DNA of 49,837 nt, filler included, from Sphacelaria rigidula (lineage: Eukaryota), in assembly GCA_964200075.2 (NCBI GenBank). It is 2 parts of 2 records of this genome, joined end to end, with 100 filler letters (N's around TTAATTAATTAA, not from the genome) between each part and the next. Parts side by side here need not be neighbours in the genome. Positions count along the whole stretch, not along the records: positions 24,979 to 49,837 come from CAXNAA020000188.1; 1 more part is not named here. One strand, given 5' to 3'. Shown in pieces: positions 37,320 to 49,837 of the stretch (positions are counted from its first letter, which is position 1; every line of letters starts with the position of its first letter). Made by a program: the position numbers and the translations under genes. A model generated the notes under the pieces. It did no database searches and was not told where the DNA came from. It saw only the letters and a program-made list of their open reading frames with translations.

Positions 37320-38620
37320 TCTAAAATTCCCCCCGCCCAGCCGTTCATTGCCGTTCTATTATTATCGCACACACGGCCGTTTGGCTACCTCTCAAAATGC
37401 CTCCGGAGGGATGCGCAGCCCTCCAGAGGGTAAACAAGCCTCCGGAGGCCTTCAATCCCTCTCGAGGAAACCAAACACTACCGACCTGGAGGGCCGCGCA
37501 CCCCTCCGGAGGAATTTGGGGGTATGCGCGGCCCTCCAGAGGCGAAAAAAAAGCCTCCGGAGGCGATTAATTCCCCTGGAGGAAACCAAAAAATCTCCTC
37601 TGGAGGGCCACGCACCCCTCCGGAGCCGTTTAATACCTCTGGAAATGTACACACCTGGAGGAATTTTGGAGGTAGCCAAATGGCCGCGTGTGCGCCCTTC
37701 TATCATTATCCCTTGCACCTTTAATTTTCACACTACGCCACACTTCCCTACTTCCGTTCTACTCATTCTGTGAGGCGTTCCTGACCAAAACTACCGCGAA
37801 ACAGCGCCGGGCGATCGACGAATGCGAGATATAGTCGATAACATTTCGCACTCGTCGGTTGCCCGGCGCTGTTTCGCGGTAGTTTTTGGTGACGAACGCC
37901 TGGCAGAATGAGAACGGAAGGAGTGATGTATGGTGTAATGTGACAAGTGAAGGTGTAAGTCCGACTCTAGTGGGAGGCGTCCAAAATTTCTGTCTAAAAC
38001 TGCCTTGTCAGATCTTCTCCGTCGTTTTACGCCAGAAAATAGGGCAAGGCGGATATTGACGCCTTGGAATGACTTGCTCTACTCGTTGAGGCCATCCCAG
38101 GGCAACTTTGCATTTCCCGCTGACCGCACTTTCATTTTTGGCCGAACACGGATTTCAACAAAAAACGGTCCAGCGATCGAAAAAATGGGGGAAATTTCGA
38201 TCACACTTAACCGTTTTTCACTGGAAATCCGTGTTTGGCCTCATTTGGCCAAAAGTGAAAGTACGGCCAGCGGGATATGCAAAGTTGCCCTGGAACGGTC
38301 TCCACGAGCAGAGCAAGTCATTCTAAGGCGTCAACATCCGCCTAGCCCTTTTTTCGGGTGTAAATCGACGGAGAAGGGCCCAAAAGGCAGTTTTCGACAG
38401 GAATTTTCAACGGCTCCCAATAGACTTGGCCTAGGGGCGATAAGATCTGGAACTCGTCCATTGCCCGGCTCTTTTTCGCGGTAGTTTTTGTGACGAACGC
38501 CTGACAGAATGAAAAAAACGTAAGTAGGGAAGTATGGTGTAGTGGTAAATTTAGAGGTGTAGGGGATAATAATATCCATAGAGCGGTGATGAAAGGTAGG
38601 GCGAGCGGATAGATTTGATG
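37320..38620. mobile_element. Non-autonomous element with long (~160-bp) inverted termini and an internal inverted copy
   Basis: 37320-37365 plus 37710-37825 is the reverse complement of ~38455-38620. A third copy at 37845-37960 forms a hairpin with the left arm. Confidence 0.7.
37366..37694. mobile_element. 329-bp TIR element with internal CCTCCGGAGG-type palindromes, nested in a larger element
   Basis: ~38-bp TIRs CGCACAC.CGGCC.TTTGGCTACCTC; flanking 15-bp direct repeat (13/15 identical). Confidence 0.85.
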
Positions 38621-41600
38621 CTGCACGCAGTACACTTCTTGAAAATGTAATTTATTCCGCATTTGCAAGAAACTATTCCGAGATTCAGGTGGGAGATGTT
38701 AAGCCTTTGACAGCGAGCGTCGCCTCGGAACAGTTTCACGGGCTGACAGTCCGGAAACATTCGGGGGTTTCCAGTGGCCGGGGGGGGGTGGTTTCTGGGC
38801 GGGGGGGGGTCTATCCGCAGAGCAGCCGAAGAGCTCATCAAGCCAACCATGTGTGTTTGGAAGTTTCCCGCCGAAGATTCTAAGCCAGGGACGAGGCCCG
38901 AGAGGCGCGGGATCACGATTATGACCAATCGCGGCCGTCAAAATGACCACGTAGTTCCCCTGCAGGTGGACTACTTTGCTGTCTGCTGGCATATCTCATT
39001 TTGGTCATGGCAATTCAACCATAGATTGCGTGGGTACAGATAACTTGTTTTGTACTCTGCTCAAACGTCTGTGCCGTCTGTTTGGCGCCTCGTGTTTGCC
39101 AGCACATCTTCACACTGTCTACAGTGTTTTTGTACACTGAGCAGAGGCATTTGCAGCATGCAGTGAAATGTGTTCGGTGGGGAGCGATGGCACACTGACT
39201 ATTTTTTGGCCATTCTTGTGCCAGAAAATATCCCCCAAAATTACTCAATGTATCCGCATATTCTCGCATAGATATTCCAGATATGATATATCTTGCCCAA
39301 ATATACCCAATATATCCAATAGTATATATGTGGAATATGGATGCGGATATCACGCGATATGTCTTGTTAAATACCAGAATCAGCCTTATTTTATGTCGTC
39401 TCCAGACTCCAGATCCTTGGCGCGCATGTAACAGTGGTTTCAGTGCACCACACGCGTGCACACAAGAAACAACCACTGCACACTATACACCATACACCGC
39501 ATACCACACATGTGCGATGCGCAACTCCCAGTCGACACCCCCAGTTGACAGCACTGCATCTGGACAGCAAAGTAATGTCGCGAGTATAGTAACAGGGGAG
39601 GAAAAGTTGACAACAACAACAACTACCGTCACTTGAAGGCGTGTCTTGTTTCCACTTGTTCGCTTTGCTTGTTAGCGTTTGAACGTTTGGACGCGTCGTC
39701 CCTCTAGCGCTGTCGTGTCTGCCTCTATGCAGTATGCTTGGCACGTGCATAGGCGTATGCAGCTCACTGATGAGACACGTAACTCGTCACTCGTTACACC
39801 AGGGGGCAGCGTAAAAACAAACTCTGGACACCTCGGCCCCCCGAGATCGAAAAATTGAGTTTTTGAGGGGGGCTGGACACTCAGCCATCTATCCCCTGGT
39901 TTATTGCCAAAGCGTTGGCAGATGCGGTCAGCTGCCGCGGACAGAGATCCTTTTTTTTTTTGTTGGACAGAGTGAGCAAGGAGCAGAAGCAAATATATAA
40001 ACCTCGAGACTTTTGTGTTTTTGTCGGTGTCAAGACCGACTCTAATGGGAGCCGTTCAGATGATCTTTTTTCGAATTTTTTTGAACAGGTGATCACGAAA
40101 CCGACCATTATGGAACAAAATCGTCAAGATTTTGACCTCCTAAAACCTGAATGGACCCCAAAAAATGCAAAATTGTGGCCAAGTGTTCAGGATTGGGGGA
40201 CGATTCTGAACGCTTGAGGACTTGTTCAAAAGTAGGCACAAGAAGTTGAATAGGACATGTCATGTTTTGTTGTACAACAGGACACGCAAACGGCCTGGGG
40301 CTCTCTCATGTGCGGCACGTATCACTGCACAATCGTGTATTCAAACCTTGCCAAACTTGTCCACTGTAGTCTCTGCTGGATTACCTGAGCTGCTGTACTA
40401 CTATTGCATTTCGAACAACTGCAGTTGGAAGGCAGTACTCCCTTCCCAAGATGAAAATGCAATGCTGTTGACACGAAGTTATAAAATTTAATGTCACGTG
40501 GCTATTCATGGGCAAACAGCTGGTTTCCATCGCCATCAGTAGCCACGCTGGCTTCAATCCCATCAGCAGCAGTAGCCACGCGTGAGACACACTCGACGTG
40601 CACAGCTCCCACAGAGAGATGCGCACAGCTATATTCTCCAGCACTTCGCCGAGTGAGCAAGCATGGGCCCATCGGCGGATAGTAGGGACTAGCGCTTTCC
40701 GGCACGGTGGCTATCACGCGCAAGGTGAGTGGGCGTTGTCGCACGATCGAAACGCGGACTGTCCCTCGCACGAGTAAGAGCCAGCAACAGCAGCACCAGC
40801 AGCACCAGCAGTATCGGCGCCGGCTGATTCAGACCCACCCACAGCAGTATTTTTTCACTGGGACTAAAGATGCTGCTGCCGCCGCTGCTGCTGCTGCTGC
40901 TGCTGCCTCTATTGCTTCTTCTCCTCGAGCTGGACGCCGTCCGCGTTTTTACCGGCGACAATGTCCATACACCCTTGCGCGTGATTGCCGCCCCGCCCGA
41001 AGTCGCTGGTCTCTTCCGTGTGCTGTTACCGTCATTACATCACTCGTCTCTCCCCCTAGATTGGAACGGCGTGTGATTTCTTGTGAAAATGAATTTGTAA
41101 ACCGTCATGTCACTACCACTATATCACGAAATGATTCTCGCTTTCCTTGTTTCGTCAAAATGCCGCCTCATGTTATATATCTTTTGCGGGTGTTGTTGTA
41201 GAGATGCACACCTCCTAGGTCACGCCAACTTTAGCATCCATGTACGACTCCAAATTTATGCCATTATAGTCGCTTTTTGGTACCGGTTCAGAATCGTGGC
41301 AGAAAAAAAATACGCGTTCGAAATCCTTGAAAGATGAAAATTTGAACGGCTTCCATTAGAGTTGGCCTAGTTGATCATTTTTTTGCAACAAAAATAACGA
41401 GAAAAAAATAAAATAAAAAACATTTTCGAAAAAAGCACATCCTGGACAACAGAATCTCTGGTCCAGGGTATGGAAAAAAGTCCTCCGGCATCTGAGGTCA
41501 TTGGGACAGAGAGGGCAAGGAGCAGAAGCACATATTATACGAACCCCGCAAAGCCTACCAGACTTTGCGGTTTTTGTCAGTGATTATTGATGAACTTCTT

Positions 41601-42403
41601 GCAACAAAGTTGACAAAAAAAAAACATGACAGATTTCGAGAAAATGTCCTCTGGTACACACATATAACACACGTATACCACACCCTCAGAGTAAATCTGT
41701 ATAATCTGAGCGGCTCATCCCCATGTCCAGAGATGTCTGGAGGGATATCGGGTGCAATCTCGGATACGCATAGGATAGTCCAAGTATCCGCATATGATAT
41801 TTCTTATGCGAGATTGCAGATATATGCAATAATTTTTTACCCAATATATATATATTTATCCTATTGACACCATTTTTAGACCCAATACCGAACTTTACAG
41901 GTGGGGGAGGGTGGTAAACTGGGTACCGATGATATACGACTAGAGTACGGCGGACTGTACCCCGAGTATGCTCGATGTTAGCAATACACTACGCAAGGTC
42001 TGCCGGCTGTACAAGGTCGACCGGTCGCCCTATTTCATGTGTATCCCATTATAGATGTATATGCCTCAGACCGTTTCTTACGGCTCGTGTTTTTTGGGGT
42101 CGTATCTTGCACTTTCGAGACATTTGACACGATTTTTGGTCCCCAAACACGGAATATCTTCATCGCATGTCCTTGCATCGCCCCATCGGGGGGCGCCTAG
42201 CCCACTTTTGAGATCCGCTTGGCTCCTAGTTTTCGAGAACGGCCTCTGGACAAAAGACGGCTGGAAAATAACATGTCTCACAAGTGCGAAATACGAGCCG
42301 TAAGAAACGATCTCATGTTTGATTATGAGTAAAACAGCCGTTTTTTTGCGAGTGCACCTGAGCTGGTCGTCCCGGTGGCGTGGTTGGTAACCGCGAAACC
42401 GTG

Positions 42404-42533
42404 CATACCCTGGACAATATATGGTCAATAGATGCAATAGACCTCAACTGTACTGAATTAAGAATATATCTATACTTAATCCGGTACATTTTTGGTGTGT
42501 TGTATCTATTGACCATATATTGTCCAGGGTGTG
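42404..42533. mobile_element. ~130-bp MITE (CACACCCTGGA TIR family, 8-bp TSD)
   Basis: ~33-bp TIRs CA.ACCCTGGACAATATATGGTCAATAGAT.CAA; TSD AAACCGTG/AAACTGTA. Confidence 0.85.
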
Positions 42534-42542
42534 AAACTGTAT

Positions 42543-42830
42543 GACGGTTGGGACGTGAGGTCGAATTTCGGTGAAGTCACACTATCTGGGATTTTTTCGC
42601 ACCTTGCCCGTCGGTGGAGTGCGACTATGTCGTGGGTATACAAAGTTCGAACTCACCGATGACGAGGATAAAAGACCGTTACACCCTTCTCGCGATTAAA
42701 ACGAAAAAGGCACGCACAACAAAAGGCAGGCCGAATCCTAAACACGGAAGAAAAAAGCGCGAACTCCTGTGTGACCCCGGCTGATACGCCCACATGTACA
42801 GAAAGGTGTAGACCGGCGTTCACAATAGAG
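42543..42830 (+). repeat. Dispersed repeat; inverted copy at ~49505-49810
   Basis: Shared ATCTGGGATTTTTT, GCGACTAT.TGTCGTGGGTA and CTCCTGTGTGACCCCGG.TG blocks. Confidence 0.8.
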
Positions 42831-42888
42831 GGGCCGTTTTTTTGGTTGGACACCGATACTTGTTGAGTGATGAAGGAGGATCCAAATC

Positions 42889-42890
<2 letters not shown>

Positions 42891-42950
<60 letters not shown>
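42891..42950. repeat. (AC)30 microsatellite
   Basis: Perfect AC run. Confidence 0.97.
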
Positions 42951-42951
<1 letters not shown>

Positions 42952-43490
42952 GGTTTGGGGGTGGCAAAGCTCTGGGAAGGAGCGATATTTATATATTGCG
43001 CATGATGACTTTGGGCCACGCGTTTCTGGTGCTGCTACCATGCTTCTAGAGATGGCCACCTACGGTTACGTATGCCGTTTTCTGGGTCGGACACCGATAC
43101 TTGTTGAGCGAAGGAGGATCCAACTCCTGTACCGTAGACAACTAGTTACTTTCGTGAGTCAGGTAGGGTTTTGCGGTTTGCGAGCGGGTCTGAATACAAC
43201 CGCTGCAAACAGTGTTTTTTGCGGCAGAGCTTTATGCATTTGTCGTGAAAATGGTTGATTGTTGATACTCGATTTTAGAGTGAATACTGATGTTCGGATC
43301 TTGAGAAGTCCTAGCAGTCCTGCGTGCTCCTGGCTTGTCCAAATCGGCGCCGATTTGAGGTCTGCCAATACGCACTTTGCCTGCAAGTAGGGCCCCTTTT
43401 TCACCCCCCTTGCCCGCGTATCCTCGTATGCCTTGGGTTGGGGCAAGGGTTATGATTTGCATTACTTTTTTTCGTGTGTCACGATTTGAA

Positions 43491-43781
43491 TCCCTCCCCT
43501 TCCTCGGGACGAGTCCGTGGTCTCAAGGGATTTACCCGTCTCTCCACCGATACACGCCTTGCATTCTGGTCTCGTGGATTGGATCATGACCATCAGTACT
43601 CCCGCACCGCGTCAACTCACGTCAAACAAACTTAGTCGACTACTTTGTTTACTCGCGTTCTCACGCTTTCCACGGTGGAAATCACATGCTACGAAGGAAA
43701 ATCCCGACACGTGGGGAATCGAACCCTCGTCCTCTCCACCCTAACGGCGACGGTCGGACCATTACACCACCGGGGCGCGGC
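43491..43781 (-). mobile_element. tRNA-derived SINE, copy 2
   Basis: A box TGGTGTAATGG, B box GGTTCGATTCC. The 3' part GAGACCACGGACTCGTCCCGAGGAAGGGGAGGG also appears at ~45525 and ~45822. Confidence 0.75.
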
Positions 43782-44216
43782 GTTACAATAGATCAAAGTC
43801 ATAGTTTTCCCGAGAACGCTCTGTCAAGAATTTTTCGTGCGGAAAAATGCGTAAGCACAACTCGTTTTTTGCTGCAAAAACGTTTCAGTCGGGTGTGATC
43901 GACCGCTGCCCCACCTGCTCTGAAGTGTGTGTGTGTGTGTGTGTATTTGCATGTTCGTGTTTGTTTTTTCGTCATACGGAACTTGTAATTTCGTCAATCC
44001 GCCGAAATAACGTGAGCGAGTTCCAAGAGTCGGACGAATAATGATCAATCTGGAAATTACTTGCTTTTAGTGCAGTTGATTCGTACCGTACGAATCAATC
44101 CCCGGGCTTGGTTTTCAGCATTGCACTGCACACGAGGGACGCGACCTCCAGACACGTGGAATAGCGCACACTATAGATACCGTAGAGATTTTTTAACCGC
44201 GGTCGACTTTTTTTTC

Positions 44217-44349
44217 CACGCCCTGGATAATGGCAACAGGTTACATCCCCAAAAGGTGTACTGCGTACAGTATTGCAAAAGCCAATAGATCCCATACTGT
44301 ACGCAGTGCATTTTTGACAATGCAATCTATTGTCATAATCTAGGGTGTG
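44217..44349. mobile_element. MITE, CACACCCTGGA family
   Basis: CACGCCCTGGATAATGGCAA ... TTGTCATAATCTAGGGTGTG; perfect 8-bp TSD TTTTTTTC. Confidence 0.75.
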
Positions 44350-45021
44350 TTTTTTTCTCTCTTTCGATCAATTGGGCCTCAGAAATCGTAGATTTGGAGA
44401 TTCGCACCAGCGATGATTTGTCCGAACGTTGAGATCTTTTGCGTTTTTCAGTTATATCACCGGGGCATGTTCGTGAGCTGGTTTGACGGTCGAGCATACC
44501 ACGATAATAGCTTCTTCACTCGTGAACAGAGCACGTCAGTGAGGTTACCTTTGTCCCTCCATAATAGGGTAGTACAGTAGTACCGTGGATATCGACTACC
44601 GAAAGTACCGAATGTTCAGAGTATTATTGTTGGTATCGGCCAGGAGAAGAAAAAAAATCGAGCGCAGAACGGGTCCCACTAAAGTGCGGTCACAATCACC
44701 TTGTCACAAGCCCGATTTGCTGTATGGGTAACACGTAGTTGCATTATACCAGTAAAATGTCGCCGTGACCCGGTTTTCTGATGGTACAAGTGTTACCGGT
44801 CGGCCGTGTTTTAACGAGACAAAAAAATGAGAACGCGCCGTGAGAGTGACAGTTATTCTGGCCGTTTGGGTGACTCTTTCTTTCCTGTTCTTCCAATTGG
44901 TTGCCCATCAGCTCTCAACCACTTGGAAGGGCGGAGAAACAAAAAAATAAGACTAAGCCGCCAGAATCACTCTCACTCGCACGGCGCGTTCTCGCTCTTC
45001 TTTTCTCGCTAGAATGGGCCC

Positions 45022-45325
45022 TTGGGGTACTCATGATCATGCACGCCATAGTCATCAGACCATTGACCTCGTATCCCTACAAAGCCGGGACGTCACACGC
45101 CGGGTTTTGGCTGGACCAGGCTCTCACTCAATCACCTAGCGCGAAGCGCCGTGGTGTTCGGCGAGTCGCATGAAGGGTGAACTGCATCCTGCTAAGATTT
45201 GACCGAAAGCCTACTGATTATCTTGCATTTGGATGACAGCCTCCAATGAGTTGCTTTATTTTCTGGTATCGCCACTTCCAGAGACCGCCATGGCTTGTAC
45301 ACTGCGTCATGGGTGTCTCGAAATG
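45022..45325 (-). repeat. Dispersed repeat; inverted copy of 25230-25545
   Basis: Reverse complement aligns by eye across ~300 bp. Confidence 0.8.
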
Positions 45326-45768
45326 AGAACACGGCTTCCGTTCCCGCCATATGCGTGCGTTTTTTTTTTTTTCAAGTGTATCTGATTGCTGCCGTTCATT
45401 GCCCGAGGGCGTGGGTAGCAAAGAGGAGCATGTTTGACTGAGTTTGTTTGACTAGAAAGGACGCGGTGCGGGAGTGTTTGGTCATGATCCAGTCCGCGAG
45501 ATCAAAATGCAAGGAGTGTGCCGGGGGCCACGGACTCGTCTCGAGGAAGGGACGGGATCAACGGCGTGAAGAAAAAGTGCGGTGTCCCAGATCAGTGCCG
45601 TCTCACGAGGCTGGCGATCTACCAAAGTATTTCTGGCACCGCCTACCGTTTCACAGATTACCCCGCAAAAGTGAGTCATATCCGTCCGTTCCTGTACCCT
45701 CCCTGCCTCGCCGAGGAGGATCCACCCCAGTTTGCCTCCAAATTAACGATGGTTGATACATTTCAATT

Positions 45769-45820
45769 CTAACCCCAACCCTACCCTAACCCTAAACCTA
45801 ACCCTAAAACCCTAACCCCA
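45769..45820 (-). repeat. Interstitial telomere-like (CCCTAA)n tract
   Basis: ctaaccccaaccctaccctaaccctaaaccctaaccctaaaaccctaacccc. Confidence 0.85.
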
Positions 45821-46321
45821 AGCCCTCCCCTTCCTCGGAAGGAGGCCGTGGTCTCAAGGGATCACACCCTGAACAATATATGGTCAAAATATGCAACAAA
45901 CCAAAAACAAATACGTTTTTGTGAGATTGAGAGCAGAGGGTACGATCGAGAGTGAGAAGCGGTCAAATAGTGAACAAATCGTTTCAGTTCCGAAATGCCC
46001 CTCCACGGGGCCCGAAACGCTTTCTGTAGTAGCTTGCCACTAAAGCCCTTGATATCCCTGAGTAGGATATCGACGTGTAGCTGTAAGCTAACTACGCCAG
46101 TGTTACAGGCAAACACACACAGAGTGTAAAATTTGTCACGTTAAAGCGAATGATGAAATCCACTCTCAATGAACGCTCTACTCTCAATCTCACGAAAATA
46201 TTGTTCAACGTAATATACCTATTGCAACTGTTGTCGATCGACAATAGTCGTAATAGGCCTATACTTAACCCAGTTCGTTTCTCGTCTATTGAAACTATCG
46301 TCGGACCGTCTACAGAGCACA

Positions 46322-46427
46322 CACACCCTGGATAGTATATGGTCAACAGCTGCAGCAGACAGAAAGAAATGTACTGCATAAAGTGCAGGCCTAGTGTAAC
46401 TTTTGACCATATATTGTCCAGGGTGTG
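46322..46427. mobile_element. MITE, CACACCCTGGA family (solo TIRs also at ~45863 and ~46480-46505)
   Basis: CACACCCTGGATAGTATATGGTCAA ... TTGACCATATATTGTCCAGGGTGTG. Confidence 0.8.
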
Positions 46428-47161
46428 ACGGAGCGATAGTTGTAATAGGCGTATACTTTACGCAGTTCATTTCCTTGTTATTGCATCTATTGACCTCTCC
46501 AGGGGCATGGATAACTTGAAAAAACACTCGAACTTGTACATCTGTCGGAGACCTAACCCGCTTGTCCCTCGGCGTAATTGTGTAAGTTTTACCGTTTGAA
46601 CTTGGACCATCGGGGCACAGTCAGTAGTACCATAGGAAAACACCGTGCGTCTTGCATGTCACCTCCTTATCGTCATCGGTCGGACTTTGCTCTATAGATC
46701 ATGAGGGGGTCGGGGTGGGGGAGCGGGGTAATTTCCATGACGACGCTGCCTCTAGCCGATAGACCATAGATTGACGAATTTGATGGATTGTGCAAGGGCA
46801 GGTCGAGTAGAGTATACTCAATTGCGGGGTATTCTGAAAGTCGTACTTGAAAGTGCACAAATTGGGGGTGGGGGTTTTAGGGATCTCTTTTCAGTTATTT
46901 TTTGGGTACAACTCCTAACACTCTACCCTAATGTGAGTACCTTCAGTACGTATTTCAAAATGCCCCATAATCGAGTATACTCCACTCGACCTGCCCCTGG
47001 TGGATTGATGGCCTCGCGTTGACTGACTCCACCCCTGCGAGTCTAGATCACAGCCAATCGACAATTTCCGTGTGTTTTTTCTTATCGTGAGCGCTATCCA
47101 CCCTCACACCGAACCCTGGTATTGTTGTTGTTCCCCCTTGTCTTTTTGTTCCCCGTTGACG

Positions 47162-47202
<41 letters not shown>

Positions 47203-49139
47203 CCTCTCTATGGCCAAGCAATAGAGAGTAGAACTCATGTAGTGGCAGGGTGTGAAATATAAACGGGGGAACGGAATGCGTTGGAAGTGGAGATGTGAAA
47301 AGGAAGCGCAGGTGGCATGAAATCGTTTGGTACACTGTAACAGATGGTAGCGAGAATACGATCGCTTTGCTAGGAGATAGAGGGTGGCCATAGACGGCGG
47401 GATAGGGAGGGGATGAGGTGTGTAGAAGGTTAAGGTTTTCGTGTTGTGCGCGGAAAAAAAGTATTGAGCGCCCAAATGTTGGAGGTGTCTCCATCAGGAG
47501 TAGGAACGGTGCTCCGTCTCGAAGGGAGTGCGTAGTCGACGGTCAAATGACTAGGGCAAGCAAGATACTAGTACCGCCCCCCCCCCCCTCGCCCCCCTAC
47601 CCTCTCTCTCGTGCCATCTCAGCACAATGGGGTGTTGCACAGCTACAGTGTTCACGCTGTACCCTTTTTATTTGCCGCAAACCGCTGTCCATGCTCACAT
47701 CATACTCGTACCCTGAACTGAACCTGTTTTCTTTTATCCTTGTTCCTTGACCTCTTTTTGTTTCTCTGTCGTGTCCTGTCAGCACAACAGGGCGGTCACG
47801 AGCCGGATATATATATTCACATACAAAATTGCTGCGGGTCATTACCGTCATTGGTCGCGCGCAGGGGGAAAGCGGGCAGGGGAGAGTGACGGACATTGTT
47901 GACCAGGCGTTTTTGTCAGAAGTAATCCTCTCGACTCAGTAGTGTGCGAGTTTAGTGAGATAAAAGACGGCGGGGCTGTGAGGCGTGCAACGAGTTGACG
48001 CGGGGAACAAATAGAAAGGCGACGCTTTTTTTTTTTTTTCGTTCCTCCGCCCGCTTTTTTGGAAGGAGGCGTGTTTTGAGTTCCCTCGGTGAAGGAACCT
48101 CTGCTTTTCGGTTCGTCACCAGGTGAACCGAAAAGGAGAACCGGTATTTTTTTGTTCTGTCCCTCGCCGGTGTTGGTCGTTGGAAAGGGACCGCCAAGGG
48201 ATCACGCGTCGGGGACAACTCACAACAGGCAGGGTGGATTCCGGAGGCAAACCCCCTAGTTTATACGGTATCGTGGGACGTTACTTTGTTCTAGGACGCG
48301 CAACTGGCTGTTCGCTGGTGTCTGAGAGAGGGAGAGCTTGTGAGAGGAACGGCTAGTGGGACAAATTATATTTTAGGGCCACTCCTAGAGATCGAGTCCT
48401 GTGCAAAGGAGGGAGGGCTTTTGCAAGCTTTTTCAAAAGGGGGGGGTATTTCAAAGGCCGTGTGGCGAAAAAGACGGAGAGCAACCAGACAGCCGAGGGC
48501 CTGCGAGACTCTACTTCTCATATACTCCAGATTGAACGAGGACATCTCAGGGGAGGGCTACTAGGCTGAACTCGCTGGTACAGGTAGGCAGTCAGATAGG
48601 CAGATGTGAAGGCCTGGGGCAGCAAGCAGAGCTCAAGAGCTGTTTTGCCTCTCGTGTACAGCTACTAGCTCACCACTTCGCAACCGCATTGTTTTGTTGG
48701 AACCTGCCGCAGTGGTCCCACGGACTGTTCCAAGGAACGGTCCGCTTGAAGGCGTGGGAGGAAGAGCAGGAGAAACGAACGGCCTGAAGCGTATCGTCAT
48801 AATCCACGAGAGGGGTCGTGGATAAAAAATGAGCGCACATCAACACCAAAATGGGGTGACGTTGGCGGAGGACGATGCAATCTCGACCAATATTCTGCAT
48901 GCGGCTTATGCAGGCGCCTTCGAGACTGTAAAAAATCTGGTAAATGTGAGTGGTGGGTACAGCGGGGTGCCATGATGAGATATGAATTAGGTACGAACGT
49001 CGGGGAGGCTACGTGCCGCATGCGTGCTTGTCAAATTGAGGGAGATTCGGGGGGGAAACGTGAAGAAAAAACGTCTTGTTTTCTTCTTTTCTGCTAACTC
49101 ACCAATCTCATGACTTTGATGGTTTTTTCGAGAACCTGG

Positions 49140-49166
49140 AATATATATATATATATATATATATAT
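49140..49166. repeat. (AT)n microsatellite
   Basis: Perfect AT run. Confidence 0.9.
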
Positions 49167-49504
49167 TCTCGGCTTGTTGTGTATCACATCGCATGTGCTG
49201 TTGGGCGTGCGACAATAAGTTGAAGAAAAAAAAAGAGAGAAAGTTTTCGAAAGTGTGTCAACTTCATGAGATATATCGTTATATACGCTCACAAACGTCA
49301 AGCTGACCTAGAAAAAAAAAACTTTGCCCCGAAACTCTTCGTTGCGCGGTTTCTGCTGGTGCTGCTGCACGCCCTGAGATGCCGGGTGAGTGTTTCGAGC
49401 TTTTATGTAATGGGGTAAATTTCCCGGTATCTACTCTTCCGAATTTGGTGTTGCGATGGTCCGATCTCCAAACCCTACCCAAAAACTGTGTGTGCGTTGT
49501 CGTC

Positions 49505-49810
49505 ACATCTATTCTGGGCGCCGGGCTACACCTTTCGGTATATGTGGGCGCACCAACCGGGGTCACACAGGAGGAAGGTCAACACACGAGCTTTTTTTAT
49601 TTTTTATTTGTTTTTCGTACCCGACCTTCCTTCTGCGGTGCTTGCCTTTTAATTTTTATCGCGAGAGGGGTTCAGCAGTCCCTTTTCCTCGTCGACCGTT
49701 AAGTCGAATTTTGTGTACCCACGACATATAGTCGCTCTCCATTGTCGGGCATGGTGTGAGAAAAAAATCCCAGATCGCTCCGAAATTTGAAGCCACGACC
49801 CAACCGTCAG
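49505..49810 (-). repeat. Dispersed repeat; inverted copy of 42543-42830
   Basis: Reverse complement aligns by eye. Confidence 0.8.
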
Positions 49811-49837
49811 AAGGTTTCGAGGTTACCAACTGAGCCA

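Noticed and set aside
40689-41201. ORFs with poly-Q, poly-A and poly-L tracts
   Set aside because: Explained by CAG/GCT microsatellites; no recognisable domain or consistent exon chain, though an unrecognised short exon cannot be excluded

Overview
Eukaryotic genomic DNA with roughly balanced GC, many introns and interstitial TTAGGG-type repeats, most consistent with a brown alga or other stramenopile (inference). The left half holds one complete minus-strand gene for cytosolic isoleucyl-tRNA synthetase. I resolved 24 GT-AG exons by hand with consistent phase, 21575->2552, about 1169 aa, with HYGH and KMSKR motifs. Its 5' introns host a snoRNA cluster: a clear U14, an orphan box C/D RNA, and two different long H/ACA-type RNAs, each duplicated in adjacent introns with stem-preserving changes. 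Intron 17 holds a ~330-bp tandem array. An artificial N/TTAATTAATTAA/N linker sits at ~24.9 kb. To its right there is no convincing intact gene, only a repeat-rich region: tRNA-derived SINEs, hAT-type and piggyBac-type MITEs, nested TIR elements (one with a 15-bp target duplication), elements carrying telomeric repeats, a 320-nt foldback, and decayed recombinase/transposase fragments. Nearly all ORFs in the supplied track are spurious or exon read-through.
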